From: Candidatus Woesearchaeota archaeon
GTDB lineage: Archaea > Nanobdellota > Nanobdellia > Woesearchaeales > GW2011-AR4
Assembly: GCA_018303625.1 (NCBI GenBank)
Contig: JAGVXV010000003.1
Location: 1 to 57,082 of the forward strand
Reading direction: 5' to 3'
DNA length: 57,082 nt
Part shown: one piece after another, positions 9,204 through 17,436 of the stretch
Layout: each line of letters starts with the position of its first letter
Position numbering within the stretch: position 1 is the stretch's first letter
The notes under the pieces: generated by a model
Told to the model about the DNA's origin: nothing
The model's input: only the letters and a program-made list of their open reading frames with translations
Database searches by the model: none
Made by a program: the position numbers and the translations under genes

Positions 9204-9728
9204 TTAGATTATAACCTCTGCTATCAGGCTTGAAATAATCAATAATAAGAATGTAAGCAAAATTCCCTGGAAAGGAACAAATTTTCCATGCCTTAAGTGC
9301 GTTATTTTTTCACTTAGCCATGGAGTTAGTGATGTTATAATACCTCCGAAAATGCTGCCCAGCAAAAACAAATTAATCAAATAAGTTCTATTGAGCAATG
9401 TTCCATACTCCCCGAAAAGAAAAATTCCCAAGGGATACTGGCTTTCCACCATTGGCATTAAAGGGATTACTGTTGCAAAAAATGAAAACAGTATTATTGC
9501 AGATTTTTGCAACGGAATAAATTTTCTTTTTATCAATTTTGAGGAATACCATCCAATGGAAACTGCAAATGCGCCTATAAAAATCCCAATTATTGCTTTA
9601 TTTAACCCGAAATATGATGCAGTTCCTGCTGCCGCTGCAGCGCCTATTGTGCATAATGGGCAATGCGCATATGCCGTTTTCAGCAATAAGGGAAACAGAG
9701 CAAAAGAAAGCAGTTTTTTCTTTCCCAT
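9204..9728 (-). CDS. Membrane protein with N-terminal AHCPLC motif
   Basis: Signal-like segment, HCPLCT, about 4 TM helices. Confidence 0.8.
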   Translation of the reverse strand: MGKKKLLSFALFPLLLKTAYAHCPLCTIGAAAAAGTASYFGLNKAIIGIFIGAFAVSIGWYSSKLIKRKFIPLQKSAIILFSFFATVIPLMPMVESQYPLGIFLFGEYGTLLNRTYLINLFLLGSIFGGIITSLTPWLSEKITHLRHGKFVPFQGILLTFLLLIISSLIAEVII

Positions 9729-9747
9729 TTTAATGTACTCCCAGCCC

Positions 9748-10224
9748 CTATATCCTCATAAATTCAGATGTGGAGCCGTCTTTGTTTATTGCGTAAACAA
9801 TAAAAGGCCCCTGTTTTGACCCGGGCATTCCCGGGCTTCCTGATGGCATGCCGGGCAATGCAATCCCCTTGATATCGGGCTTTTCAAGCATTAATTTTTC
9901 AACAGCCTCAATGGGAACATGGCCTTCTACAAAATAATCCCCAATAACTGTTGTATGGCAGCTTCGCATTGAATACGGAATTCCGTATTTTTCTTTTACT
10001 GATTCCATATTTGTGGTTTTTGTATCAGCATTAAACCCTTTTTTCACCATATAGCTTACATAAACATCGCAGCATCCGCATGAGGAATCTTTGAGTATCG
10101 TGACAGAATCTGCTGCAACAGAGTTTCCCGTTATTGCATTTGAATTTCCTTTTGAGCAGCCTGCTGTTATCAAGGCTAAACTTAGGATTAAAATTATAAA
10201 AAAGTATAATCTTTTACCCGCCAT
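9748..10224 (-). CDS. DUF411/CopG-like metal-binding lipoprotein
   Basis: CGCC, SCHT, VEGHVP, PGMPSGSPGM; lipobox ITAGC. Confidence 0.92.
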   Translation of the reverse strand: MAGKRLYFFIILILSLALITAGCSKGNSNAITGNSVAADSVTILKDSSCGCCDVYVSYMVKKGFNADTKTTNMESVKEKYGIPYSMRSCHTTVIGDYFVEGHVPIEAVEKLMLEKPDIKGIALPGMPSGSPGMPGSKQGPFIVYAINKDGSTSEFMRI

Positions 10225-10225
10225 A

Positions 10226-10423
10226 TCAGCATCCCCCAACCATCTGAGGAACATTTGCGGCAGGCTGGTTGTAGGTATTTATGGCACTGGGGTTAGATTG
10301 CGCGACAACAGCGCTGCTATCCCCACTAAAGCTTTTCTTTATATTGTTAATCTGGGCGCTTTGCACAAAGCTGATTATCACCAGAATTGCCAATAAAAAA
10401 ACTATCAAAATTTTCATGTTCAT
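10226..10423 (-). CDS. Short membrane-tethered MVGGC-terminal protein
   Basis: TM, VQSAQI, flexible linker, PQMVGGC*. Confidence 0.85.
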   Translation of the reverse strand: MNMKILIVFLLAILVIISFVQSAQINNIKKSFSGDSSAVVAQSNPSAINTYNQPAANVPQMVGGC

Positions 10424-10424
10424 T

Positions 10425-10679
10425 TTAACAGCCTCCAACCATAGATGCGCTGGCTGAACCGCCTTTACCAAACCTTGCTGGGATTATGCCATGCATATCA
10501 TAGTTCATTATTTCATTCTCGGTCCAACCCGCGGTATCAATCTGGTCTGTTCCTGTAGCGGCTACTGCGCCAGTCGTTGACAGCCTATTTTTTAGCCCAT
10601 TCAATTGGAAAGCCTGCACAACAGACACTATAAGCACAGCACCAAGAAAGATCACTATAACCCTGTTTTTTATGTTCAT
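10425..10679 (-). CDS. Short membrane-tethered MVGGC-terminal protein
   Basis: TM, VQAFQL, YDMHG, SMVGGC*. Confidence 0.85.
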   Translation of the reverse strand: MNIKNRVIVIFLGAVLIVSVVQAFQLNGLKNRLSTTGAVAATGTDQIDTAGWTENEIMNYDMHGIIPARFGKGGSASASMVGGC

Positions 10680-10680
10680 T

Positions 10681-11355
10681 TTAACAGCCTCCCACCATTC
10701 CTCCTGCAGATAGACCCTGCTCAATTCCCCTGTATTTGTTTGATGCTAAATTAATATAATTTAACTCAACTCCCTGCTGGCTTAGAATCTGGGCTTTTGC
10801 CTGTATCTGCCCGGGAAAAAACAAGGTTTTCCATTTTCCAAGCTCCTCTAAAATTTCATCATCGCTAAACTCATTCGGATGGTTTCTTATAATGTATTTT
10901 GCAACGCCCCTCATTGCATAGCTATGGGCGCAACCGCATGCCGCCTGTCCATTCGAAAAAATTATTGACTCTGCGCCGCAGCAGTACTCGCAGCTTATTT
11001 TTGACGCTATGCCAATATACCTCTTCATCTGATCTTCGTTTAATTGTGTTGCATCATCAAGATAGCCAAGCCTTCTTATTGTTGTGTCAGCTTTTTGCTG
11101 GTCAATCGGGCTTATGTCATCGTAGCTTACTTTTAATTCCTGGCCGTAAATTTTCGGAATTCCAGTTGGAACTACACTTGCTCCGAGTGTTTGTACATTA
11201 TTGGTTGCTGCCCCGTTATTAGTAGCAACTGCAAAGCCAGTTGGGCTTATTTTTAATACAGCATTTATTTGCATCTGGTTGTAAGCTAAAATAACCGTCA
11301 ATACAGCCATAAGCAAAATGATTGCCCTGTCAAGATTTTTTTCCTTCATCTTCAT
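10681..11355 (-). CDS. Membrane-anchored CxYCC/CGCAHS-domain protein ending in MVGGC
   Basis: TM with NQMQI; CEYCCG...CGCAHS...SDDEI; GMVGGC*. Confidence 0.85.
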   Translation of the reverse strand: MKMKEKNLDRAIILLMAVLTVILAYNQMQINAVLKISPTGFAVATNNGAATNNVQTLGASVVPTGIPKIYGQELKVSYDDISPIDQQKADTTIRRLGYLDDATQLNEDQMKRYIGIASKISCEYCCGAESIIFSNGQAACGCAHSYAMRGVAKYIIRNHPNEFSDDEILEELGKWKTLFFPGQIQAKAQILSQQGVELNYINLASNKYRGIEQGLSAGGMVGGC

Positions 11356-11434
11356 TTTTTATTTTTATAATTCAGTTGGGATATATAATTAACTTCTAAA
11401 ACTATTAATAAAATAAGAGTTTTGGTATTTAATC

Positions 11435-11465
11435 AAGCCTTTTTATTGTTTACAATTGTTCAGAA
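11435..11465. promoter_or_regulatory. Degenerate copy of phased upstream box (GTTTA-N5-GTTCA)
   Basis: 22/31 ungapped match to the 17381-17411 region copy; GTTTA lies 67 bp from ATATATA at 11381. Confidence 0.55.
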
Positions 11466-11480
11466 TTCAAAAATAAGCAT

Positions 11481-12023
11481 TTATAGTGCTTTTTTCATGA
11501 AAATATTGTTTATTTTCCCTTTTTTAACTTTTGCGATAAGCCCTTTTTTCTCAAGCTGCGATAACACTATTGATAATTTGGTTTTGGACAAATCAACCCT
11601 GTACATCAATGTTGACTGTGAAATGCCGTCCTGCTCCTTAACTGCCTGTATGACTTTCTTTTCATCTTCGTCCAGCCCTGTTAATAGAATTTTGAACCTT
11701 TCTTCTTTTGATTCCTCTGTTTTTGCAGCCTTAATGTTTTTGAGGATATTTTCTTGAACGTTTTCAAAAGACTTGGCTGTTCTGGAAAATAATACCAAAT
11801 AAGCCCCAAGGCTTAATGTAAGCGCTATTGCCGCAATACCAATGCCGAAAGGCAGAAAGCTCCTCTCATGGATGCATTTTCCGCTCTCCAGCACGCAATT
11901 GCCGCTGCCCAGATTCATCAACTGGTCGTTCATCTGGTTAAGCTGGATTTTCAGAATAGATAAGATCACAATAAATATTATGCCTATAAAAACAACTAGA
12001 TAGCCAATTTTTTTATTGTCCAT
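11481..12023 (-). CDS. Membrane-anchored winged-helix transcriptional regulator
   Basis: 2 TM with CVLESGKC loop; LDEDEKKVIQAVKEQDGISQSTL...LSKTKLS...LEKKGLI wHTH. Confidence 0.88.
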   Translation of the reverse strand: MDNKKIGYLVVFIGIIFIVILSILKIQLNQMNDQLMNLGSGNCVLESGKCIHERSFLPFGIGIAAIALTLSLGAYLVLFSRTAKSFENVQENILKNIKAAKTEESKEERFKILLTGLDEDEKKVIQAVKEQDGISQSTLMYRVDLSKTKLSIVLSQLEKKGLIAKVKKGKINNIFMKKAL

Positions 12024-12065
12024 AGTTTTAAGGTAATTCAATCCTTTATAAAAATCTTATTGATT

Positions 12066-12521
12066 TCATTTATTTTTTGATTTATTATCTAAACTTAAAA
12101 TGCCTGCCCCCGAAAATACCACTGAAAGGGCCATTAAGCTTAATCCAAAGTCTCTTATTGCAATGTCGTTGTAGCCAAGCGAAAATGCAATTGAAAGCAA
12201 ATGCAAAGCCGCAATAAAGGCAGTTAATCTTGTATAAAACCCCATCAGCAATAACAATCCAAGAAGAGTATCAGCAATCCCGTTAAATGTTAAAACCACG
12301 TGCACTGAAGGCTTTGGAATGTTATGCATAAGCTGCAATGGATGCTCGTGCATCATTTGCTGCGGATGCTCATACATCCATTGCGGAATGTACCCTAAAA
12401 AAGATTCCGGGTTAATGAGCTGGCTGATTCCAAACCACAATAAGACCAAAGCAAGGCTCATCCTTACTATAAATATTGAATAATCCTTGTTTTTGATAAA
12501 AAAATCCTTTATTTTTTCCAT
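12066..12521 (-). CDS. DoxX-family membrane protein with His/Met-rich loop
   Basis: RMSLALVLLWFG...LLLMGFYTR...RDFGL...GAGILSLD. Confidence 0.85.
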   Translation of the reverse strand: MEKIKDFFIKNKDYSIFIVRMSLALVLLWFGISQLINPESFLGYIPQWMYEHPQQMMHEHPLQLMHNIPKPSVHVVLTFNGIADTLLGLLLLMGFYTRLTAFIAALHLLSIAFSLGYNDIAIRDFGLSLMALSVVFSGAGILSLDNKSKNK

Positions 12522-12568
12522 GGGCTAAAATCAATTTTAATGTTGTTTATACTTATATGCTTTTGAGG

Positions 12569-12961
12569 TTATTTTACTGTTAAATCCCCTTTCATGGAGC
12601 TGTGGCCTTCCCCGCAGTAAACAGTGCATAAAAACGGGAAAGTTCCCTGCTTGCTTGCGGTAAACTCTATTGTTACCTGCTTTCCTGCCGGCACCTGCTC
12701 GTTGATGTTGAAATCCGGCAGTGCAAAGCCATGAGCAACATCCTGGCTTTTTATTATCAACCTTACCACTTCACCTTTGTTTACGATTATGGTATTTGGC
12801 TCGAAATTGAATCTGGATGCTTTGATATTAATAACTCTTACATTATCATCAAATTTTCCAGAGCCGTCTAATATTTCCGGGCTTTTTGTGCAGCCAAAAA
12901 TAAATATAATAGCTGCTAAAAATGTCGCTAAAATTATCTTTCTCATAATGAATTTAATCAT
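12569..12961 (-). CDS. Cupredoxin lipoprotein with CuA-type ligand set
   Basis: DVAHGF...CTVYCGEGHSSM; lipobox FIFGC. Confidence 0.92.
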   Translation of the reverse strand: MIKFIMRKIILATFLAAIIFIFGCTKSPEILDGSGKFDDNVRVINIKASRFNFEPNTIIVNKGEVVRLIIKSQDVAHGFALPDFNINEQVPAGKQVTIEFTASKQGTFPFLCTVYCGEGHSSMKGDLTVK

Positions 12962-13386
12962 TTTATTTTTATTTTATTTTTTTGAAATTTTCCTTTGATA
13001 TAAAAGAGCAGGCTCAAAACAAACAAGGTTCCTCCAATTATCCAAAATATTGCCAAATAGCTTTGCAATGCTTTGAAAGGAACACCTGCTATTATGATTC
13101 CGGAATTCAGCATTAATAAATTTTTTGAAATGCACTTCTTTTTAAAATAAAAAATTAATGTAATTGCAAATAGCAAAACAGCAGCTGTCCAGAATGGGAT
13201 TGCAACTTTCTGCAAAAAAAGCAAAGGCATTCCAACTATTGTAATGCCTATAAATGAAAGCAATGCAATTATGCCTAGGCAGACATTATGGCATACCTGA
13301 TAGCCTCCCAGGAAGCTTAATGCCCCTGACAGGGAGCTTGAGAAAGATGTTGCCTTCTCTACTATAAACTTTTTTGCCTTATCCAT
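12958..13386 (-). CDS. Multi-TM membrane protein with QVCHNxC motif
   Basis: Paralog of 5276..5698. Confidence 0.8.
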   Translation of the reverse strand: MDKAKKFIVEKATSFSSSLSGALSFLGGYQVCHNVCLGIIALLSFIGITIVGMPLLFLQKVAIPFWTAAVLLFAITLIFYFKKKCISKNLLMLNSGIIIAGVPFKALQSYLAIFWIIGGTLFVLSLLFYIKGKFQKNKIKIK

Positions 13387-13387
13387 T

Positions 13388-14146
13388 CTAATGATTTTTT
13401 GAAAAATCAGTTATTGAGCTAATTTGCTGCTTTATTTCTTTCTCGCCCTCATCCCCATAACTTACCAAAATCTTGTCATTATCATTAAATACATATTCTT
13501 CATATTCAGGATTTTCAATTCCGTTAACAAAAAATTTCAAATTATTATTCCTGTCATTGCAATAACTTTCTTTATTATCTAAAACAAAACATTCTTTGTT
13601 AAATTTTATTCCAATGCTCTTGAAGAATACCCATAATGGGACTCCTGTTGCATGCATATGGATGACATCGCCTTCTTTTTCCGGGAATGAGGCTCCTTTA
13701 TCAAAGTGAATAAAGCTGCTGGTTATCCGGCTGTCCATTTTTGACATATCCATAGCCAGCGGCCCTAACACATTTTCATCCAATACATTCCCCAATATAT
13801 ATATTTTCAAGTCGGCATGAAGGTGCTGCGAGCCTAAAATGCCAATAGTTGACTTTGAATCCATGTTGCATTGAAGCTGCCCAGAACTAATGCACATATC
13901 TACTGGCATTCCGCAGCTGTCGCATTGCCCGTCATTATTTTTGTCCATAAACTCCTTTGCTAATTGGGTGTCAAATGGCGTGAGCGACATTGCACTCATT
14001 CTCGATCCCATGCCCGATATTGTATTTGAATTTGGATTAATTTGCGATGGAAAAAACAATGATTTTGAAACATAAAATAGTGAAAAAAGAGCTACAATAA
14101 TAGTTAATACTATAAAACCTGTTAATATTTTCTCTGCATTAGCCAT
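13388..14146 (-). CDS. Membrane-anchored protein: CxxCGM..C module plus HxH/HxH domain
   Basis: CDSCGMPVDMC; HLHADLKIYI; VIHMHATG; paralog of 3372..3878. Confidence 0.8.
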   Translation of the reverse strand: MANAEKILTGFIVLTIIVALFSLFYVSKSLFFPSQINPNSNTISGMGSRMSAMSLTPFDTQLAKEFMDKNNDGQCDSCGMPVDMCISSGQLQCNMDSKSTIGILGSQHLHADLKIYILGNVLDENVLGPLAMDMSKMDSRITSSFIHFDKGASFPEKEGDVIHMHATGVPLWVFFKSIGIKFNKECFVLDNKESYCNDRNNNLKFFVNGIENPEYEEYVFNDNDKILVSYGDEGEKEIKQQISSITDFSKNH

Positions 14147-14149
14147 TTT

Positions 14150-14623
14150 TCAAGTTGTATCAATATTCTCTCCGTATGGATGTATCAATTTCCATCCTGG
14201 AATTACATCCCCTTGCCTGTATTTTAATGTGAATGTTCCGTCAAATTTGCTTTTTGCCCCGTTTGCAAAGGAAAACTCTACGCTATAATCAACCGCCGCT
14301 GTATTGCCATCATTTGAACTTTCTTTTATTGACAATATTCTTGCATTATCAATGCCCTGCGATTCTGCATATTCTTTGAATGCCCCCAAATCCTTTGCTG
14401 TAGGCTCTATTTTCTTAAAGCCGTCTGAAATTGCAGCGTACATATCCGGATAATTCTTATTGCTCCATGCAGTAAAATACTGCTCAACTACCTTTTCAGG
14501 CGATGGTGTTTCATATTCTGGGATATTGTTTTTTTTAGTAAGCGTTATGTAAGCAATGCCTGCAATCAAAAACGCAATAAAAACCAAGATTGTTGCCAGA
14601 TTTTTCCCCTTCATCCCAACCAT
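14150..14623 (-). CDS. Membrane-anchored NTF2-like (DUF4829/DUF4878-like) protein
   Basis: SPEKVVEQYFTAW...GWKLI pattern. Confidence 0.65.
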   Translation of the reverse strand: MVGMKGKNLATILVFIAFLIAGIAYITLTKKNNIPEYETPSPEKVVEQYFTAWSNKNYPDMYAAISDGFKKIEPTAKDLGAFKEYAESQGIDNARILSIKESSNDGNTAAVDYSVEFSFANGAKSKFDGTFTLKYRQGDVIPGWKLIHPYGENIDTT

Positions 14624-14638
14624 TTTAATGATATAAGT

Positions 14639-15766
14639 TTATTGCACTTGTACAATTTCCCCTGATGCCAAGTCTTTGTAAGTTCCCAAACTTTCAGGCT
14701 TTCTCATGACATACCAGCCATCACCCTCAATAGTGCCAACGCTTTGCCATACCTGGACAAAAGCAGGATACTCCGAAACCTCTGGCGACAATAGAAGCGC
14801 AGGAACTTTTTCTATATTGTACTTCGCAATTAATTCCCTGACCTCATTTGAAGAAACATCATAAGCCTCTTCTTCATTTACAAAAACCCCGAACCTTGGA
14901 AGTATCTGCTTGTTTATACTGACATCATAGCATTCCCCGCATGAGCTGTCATCAAGCAGGATTATTTTTACCAAGCCAATAACTTTTCCCTGTTTTAAAT
15001 CCCTATAAGGCGCTGATGTGGCATGCAACGCATAAAAGCCATTTTTCTCTTCAGCAAGCTGCTGAATTTGCTCTTTAACATCATAATAATTAACTTCGTT
15101 TGATATTAATATTGCTGGAATTCTGCTGATGTCAAACCTGTTAATAAGCCCTATGCCTTCACTGGAAAAATACTCATAGGTCTTTTCTTCTGTTATTGCA
15201 ACACCTGACTGTTTCAAGGCATCTGCAACCTGGCTTAACGGTATGCATTCCTCACACAAAGAATCCACAACATTTATTACCGAGACTTTTCCTACAACTC
15301 TAGACAAAGTAACATCATAGTATGGGGGCTTTAGGCTCGTAAAAACCACATTTTTTTCATCTGGAAAATCTCCGATATTGCCAAAAAAAGACTTTAGCTG
15401 CTCTGTCTTGTTTGTTTCCCCTGAAATTATTAATGTCGGAATTTTTTCAATATTATACTTATCTATAATTTCTTTTGCATAATTCTCATTTAAGTAAATA
15501 GTTCTTTCTTCAGTCACATTGACATTCTGCTTTTTTATGCTTTCCAATGCAGTTTCTATGTCAAAGCATTCTTCGCAGTCAGAAAGCAATATTTTTGTCA
15601 CTTCTAATTTGGCGGGCCTTAGAAACTCTTTAGCTATTTCTTTTGCCTCATTAACCTTTTCTGCCCTGCCTTGAATAATGTAAATATTCATTAAGGATAT
15701 TGCTCCTATTAAGGCAAGCATCACATATAGCAATACCTCTACTCTGTTTTTTTTCAATCCAACCAC
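14639..15766 (-). CDS. Membrane-anchored protein with three tandem thioredoxin-like CxxC domains
   Basis: CEEC/CEEC/CGEC, each followed by a KIPT/RIPA/KVPA cis-Pro-like loop. Confidence 0.8.
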   Translation of the reverse strand: MVGLKKNRVEVLLYVMLALIGAISLMNIYIIQGRAEKVNEAKEIAKEFLRPAKLEVTKILLSDCEECFDIETALESIKKQNVNVTEERTIYLNENYAKEIIDKYNIEKIPTLIISGETNKTEQLKSFFGNIGDFPDEKNVVFTSLKPPYYDVTLSRVVGKVSVINVVDSLCEECIPLSQVADALKQSGVAITEEKTYEYFSSEGIGLINRFDISRIPAILISNEVNYYDVKEQIQQLAEEKNGFYALHATSAPYRDLKQGKVIGLVKIILLDDSSCGECYDVSINKQILPRFGVFVNEEEAYDVSSNEVRELIAKYNIEKVPALLLSPEVSEYPAFVQVWQSVGTIEGDGWYVMRKPESLGTYKDLASGEIVQVQ

Positions 15767-15777
15767 TCCCTAATTCA

Positions 15778-15987
15778 TTAACAGCCGCCAACCATTGAAG
15801 GCAGATTTTCCAAACTGGCGGGAGTTGAAACTCCAGAACTTACACCAGTCGCGCTTGGAGCTGCGCTGCCTCCAGATGTTACAACAACCGGATTGTTGCT
15901 TAAAGACACCAACTGCACTGCCTGAACAACTGTTGTCAGGACTAAAACAGTTATCAGCACAATCAGCAAAATTTCTTTTCTTTCCAT
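15778..15987 (-). CDS. Short membrane-tethered MVGGC-terminal protein
   Basis: RBS GAGGTG; TM, VQAVQL, Ser/Gly/Pro linker, PSMVGGC*. Confidence 0.88.
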   Translation of the reverse strand: MERKEILLIVLITVLVLTTVVQAVQLVSLSNNPVVVTSGGSAAPSATGVSSGVSTPASLENLPSMVGGC

Positions 15988-16005
15988 TTTTTCACCTCAA
16001 AAATT

Positions 16006-17244
16006 TTAAACTTGAGCCTCTAATAGGATTCTTTTGACAGTAGGACCTGGATACCACAAGGCATACCATCTTGCCATCTCCCCATAAATTTCCTCATCAG
16101 AGTAGCTGCTGCCGTAATTTTTAATGAACCACTTTGCCATGCCTTGTGCTGCCAGTGAATGCGCGCAGCCGCATCTTGTTATTATTGTCGGGTTTTGCGG
16201 GCTTCCGCAGCAGTAATCGCATGTAAATGAATTCACAATTCTGCCCCATCTCTGCTCTTCCTGCGGGCTTAATTGTATTGCTCTGCCTTTTGCCCATAGG
16301 TTTTGCGCTGTTATAGGATCGTCAAAGCTTACTCCTGCTTGCTGCCCATACCAAGGAGTTCCGCTTGGCACAACATTATTCACTAAATCCTGGGCAGCAT
16401 TCCCTGTCAAGGGCTTCATTTGAAGCTCGCTTATGGTTGGAATGGGCTTTACCTTTGATCTGTAGCCTTGTATTGCAGGCTGCTCGCCCTGAGCCAAAGG
16501 CATTGGCTTCAAGGTTATTTTCGGGCCATATTCAAAACTTCCCAAATTGGCTGTGCCTCCAGATACTGAAGATAAAGCAGTTGTCGCAAATGCCTTGGGT
16601 ATCATTAAATTGTTAAAAACAAGCAAAAGTGTCAGAACAACAAGGCTGCCAAAAGCTATATTGTTTTTGTATAAGAACATTTCCTTATTTTTATCATGCC
16701 TCTCAACCTTTACCTCGCAGCTTTTGCATTTTTTGCTGTGAATACTATCGGCTTTGAAATAAACAGCCATTCCAAGCAATCCAATAGAAGCAACTTTTAA
16801 AAAGCCAAGATACGGCGTTAAAAAGGCAGTAGGAATGTTAAGCAGTGTGCTTCCAAAAGCAACTATTCCTATGCTTTGGCATACTGGGCATATTGCCCCT
16901 ACAATTCCTGCAAATCCACCGCCAACCCCGCCTATTGAAGATGCTGAAGCAAGCTTACTCCTTCTCTCATACAAGAACAACGATAAAAAAATGGATGTAA
17001 GGGCAGAAACAGCAATGACAAACAGGTAATCAAAAAATCCAATGCCGGATAGCCTGTTAATTCCAAAGTCTATAATAGGTATTTTCCAGAATCCATACAG
17101 GAAACTGTAAACTATCAAAAAAGCAGTTATAGATATCAGTAGAATTTTCTTGCTTTCTTCCCTTTTTAGAATTTCAATACTGGTTGAGAGAATATTTTCC
17201 TTTTTCTCTTCTTTCATGGCTTTGTGTTTTCCTTCTGATTCCAT
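16006..17244 (-). CDS. Multi-TM protein (CPVC, CKSC) fused to CxYCC/CGCAHS domain
   Basis: ICPVCQ in TM region; CDYCCG...CGCAHS...SDEEI shared with 10681..11355. Confidence 0.82.
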   Translation of the reverse strand: MESEGKHKAMKEEKKENILSTSIEILKREESKKILLISITAFLIVYSFLYGFWKIPIIDFGINRLSGIGFFDYLFVIAVSALTSIFLSLFLYERRSKLASASSIGGVGGGFAGIVGAICPVCQSIGIVAFGSTLLNIPTAFLTPYLGFLKVASIGLLGMAVYFKADSIHSKKCKSCEVKVERHDKNKEMFLYKNNIAFGSLVVLTLLLVFNNLMIPKAFATTALSSVSGGTANLGSFEYGPKITLKPMPLAQGEQPAIQGYRSKVKPIPTISELQMKPLTGNAAQDLVNNVVPSGTPWYGQQAGVSFDDPITAQNLWAKGRAIQLSPQEEQRWGRIVNSFTCDYCCGSPQNPTIITRCGCAHSLAAQGMAKWFIKNYGSSYSDEEIYGEMARWYALWYPGPTVKRILLEAQV

Positions 17245-17375
17245 TTTGCTGTAATTATCAATACTTATTAATATTTTATTCCTTAAAACTGAATTTTAAT
17301 AATTAAACTTTTATAATGTATTTGATATATAAACCTTATCTTAAAAACAAAGAAAAGTATAAGGCTTTGTTTTGC

Positions 17376-17414
17376 CTGAAAAGGCTTATTTGGGTTTATT
17401 ATCGTTCATAAGGG
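17376..17414. promoter_or_regulatory. 39-bp upstream box, copy 1
   Basis: 36/39 identical to 35866..35904; 10-bp-phased GCTTA/GTTTA/GTTCA units. Confidence 0.7.
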
Positions 17415-17436
17415 ATTATTTTTGCTTTTTTATTAA

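Noticed and set aside
10226-10240. Selenocysteine read-through (GGC-UGA; also GCC-UGA at 5761)
   Set aside because: Three of the four MVGGC genes end in TAA, the next gene starts 1 nt after the TGA, and no SECIS or sel genes are seen.
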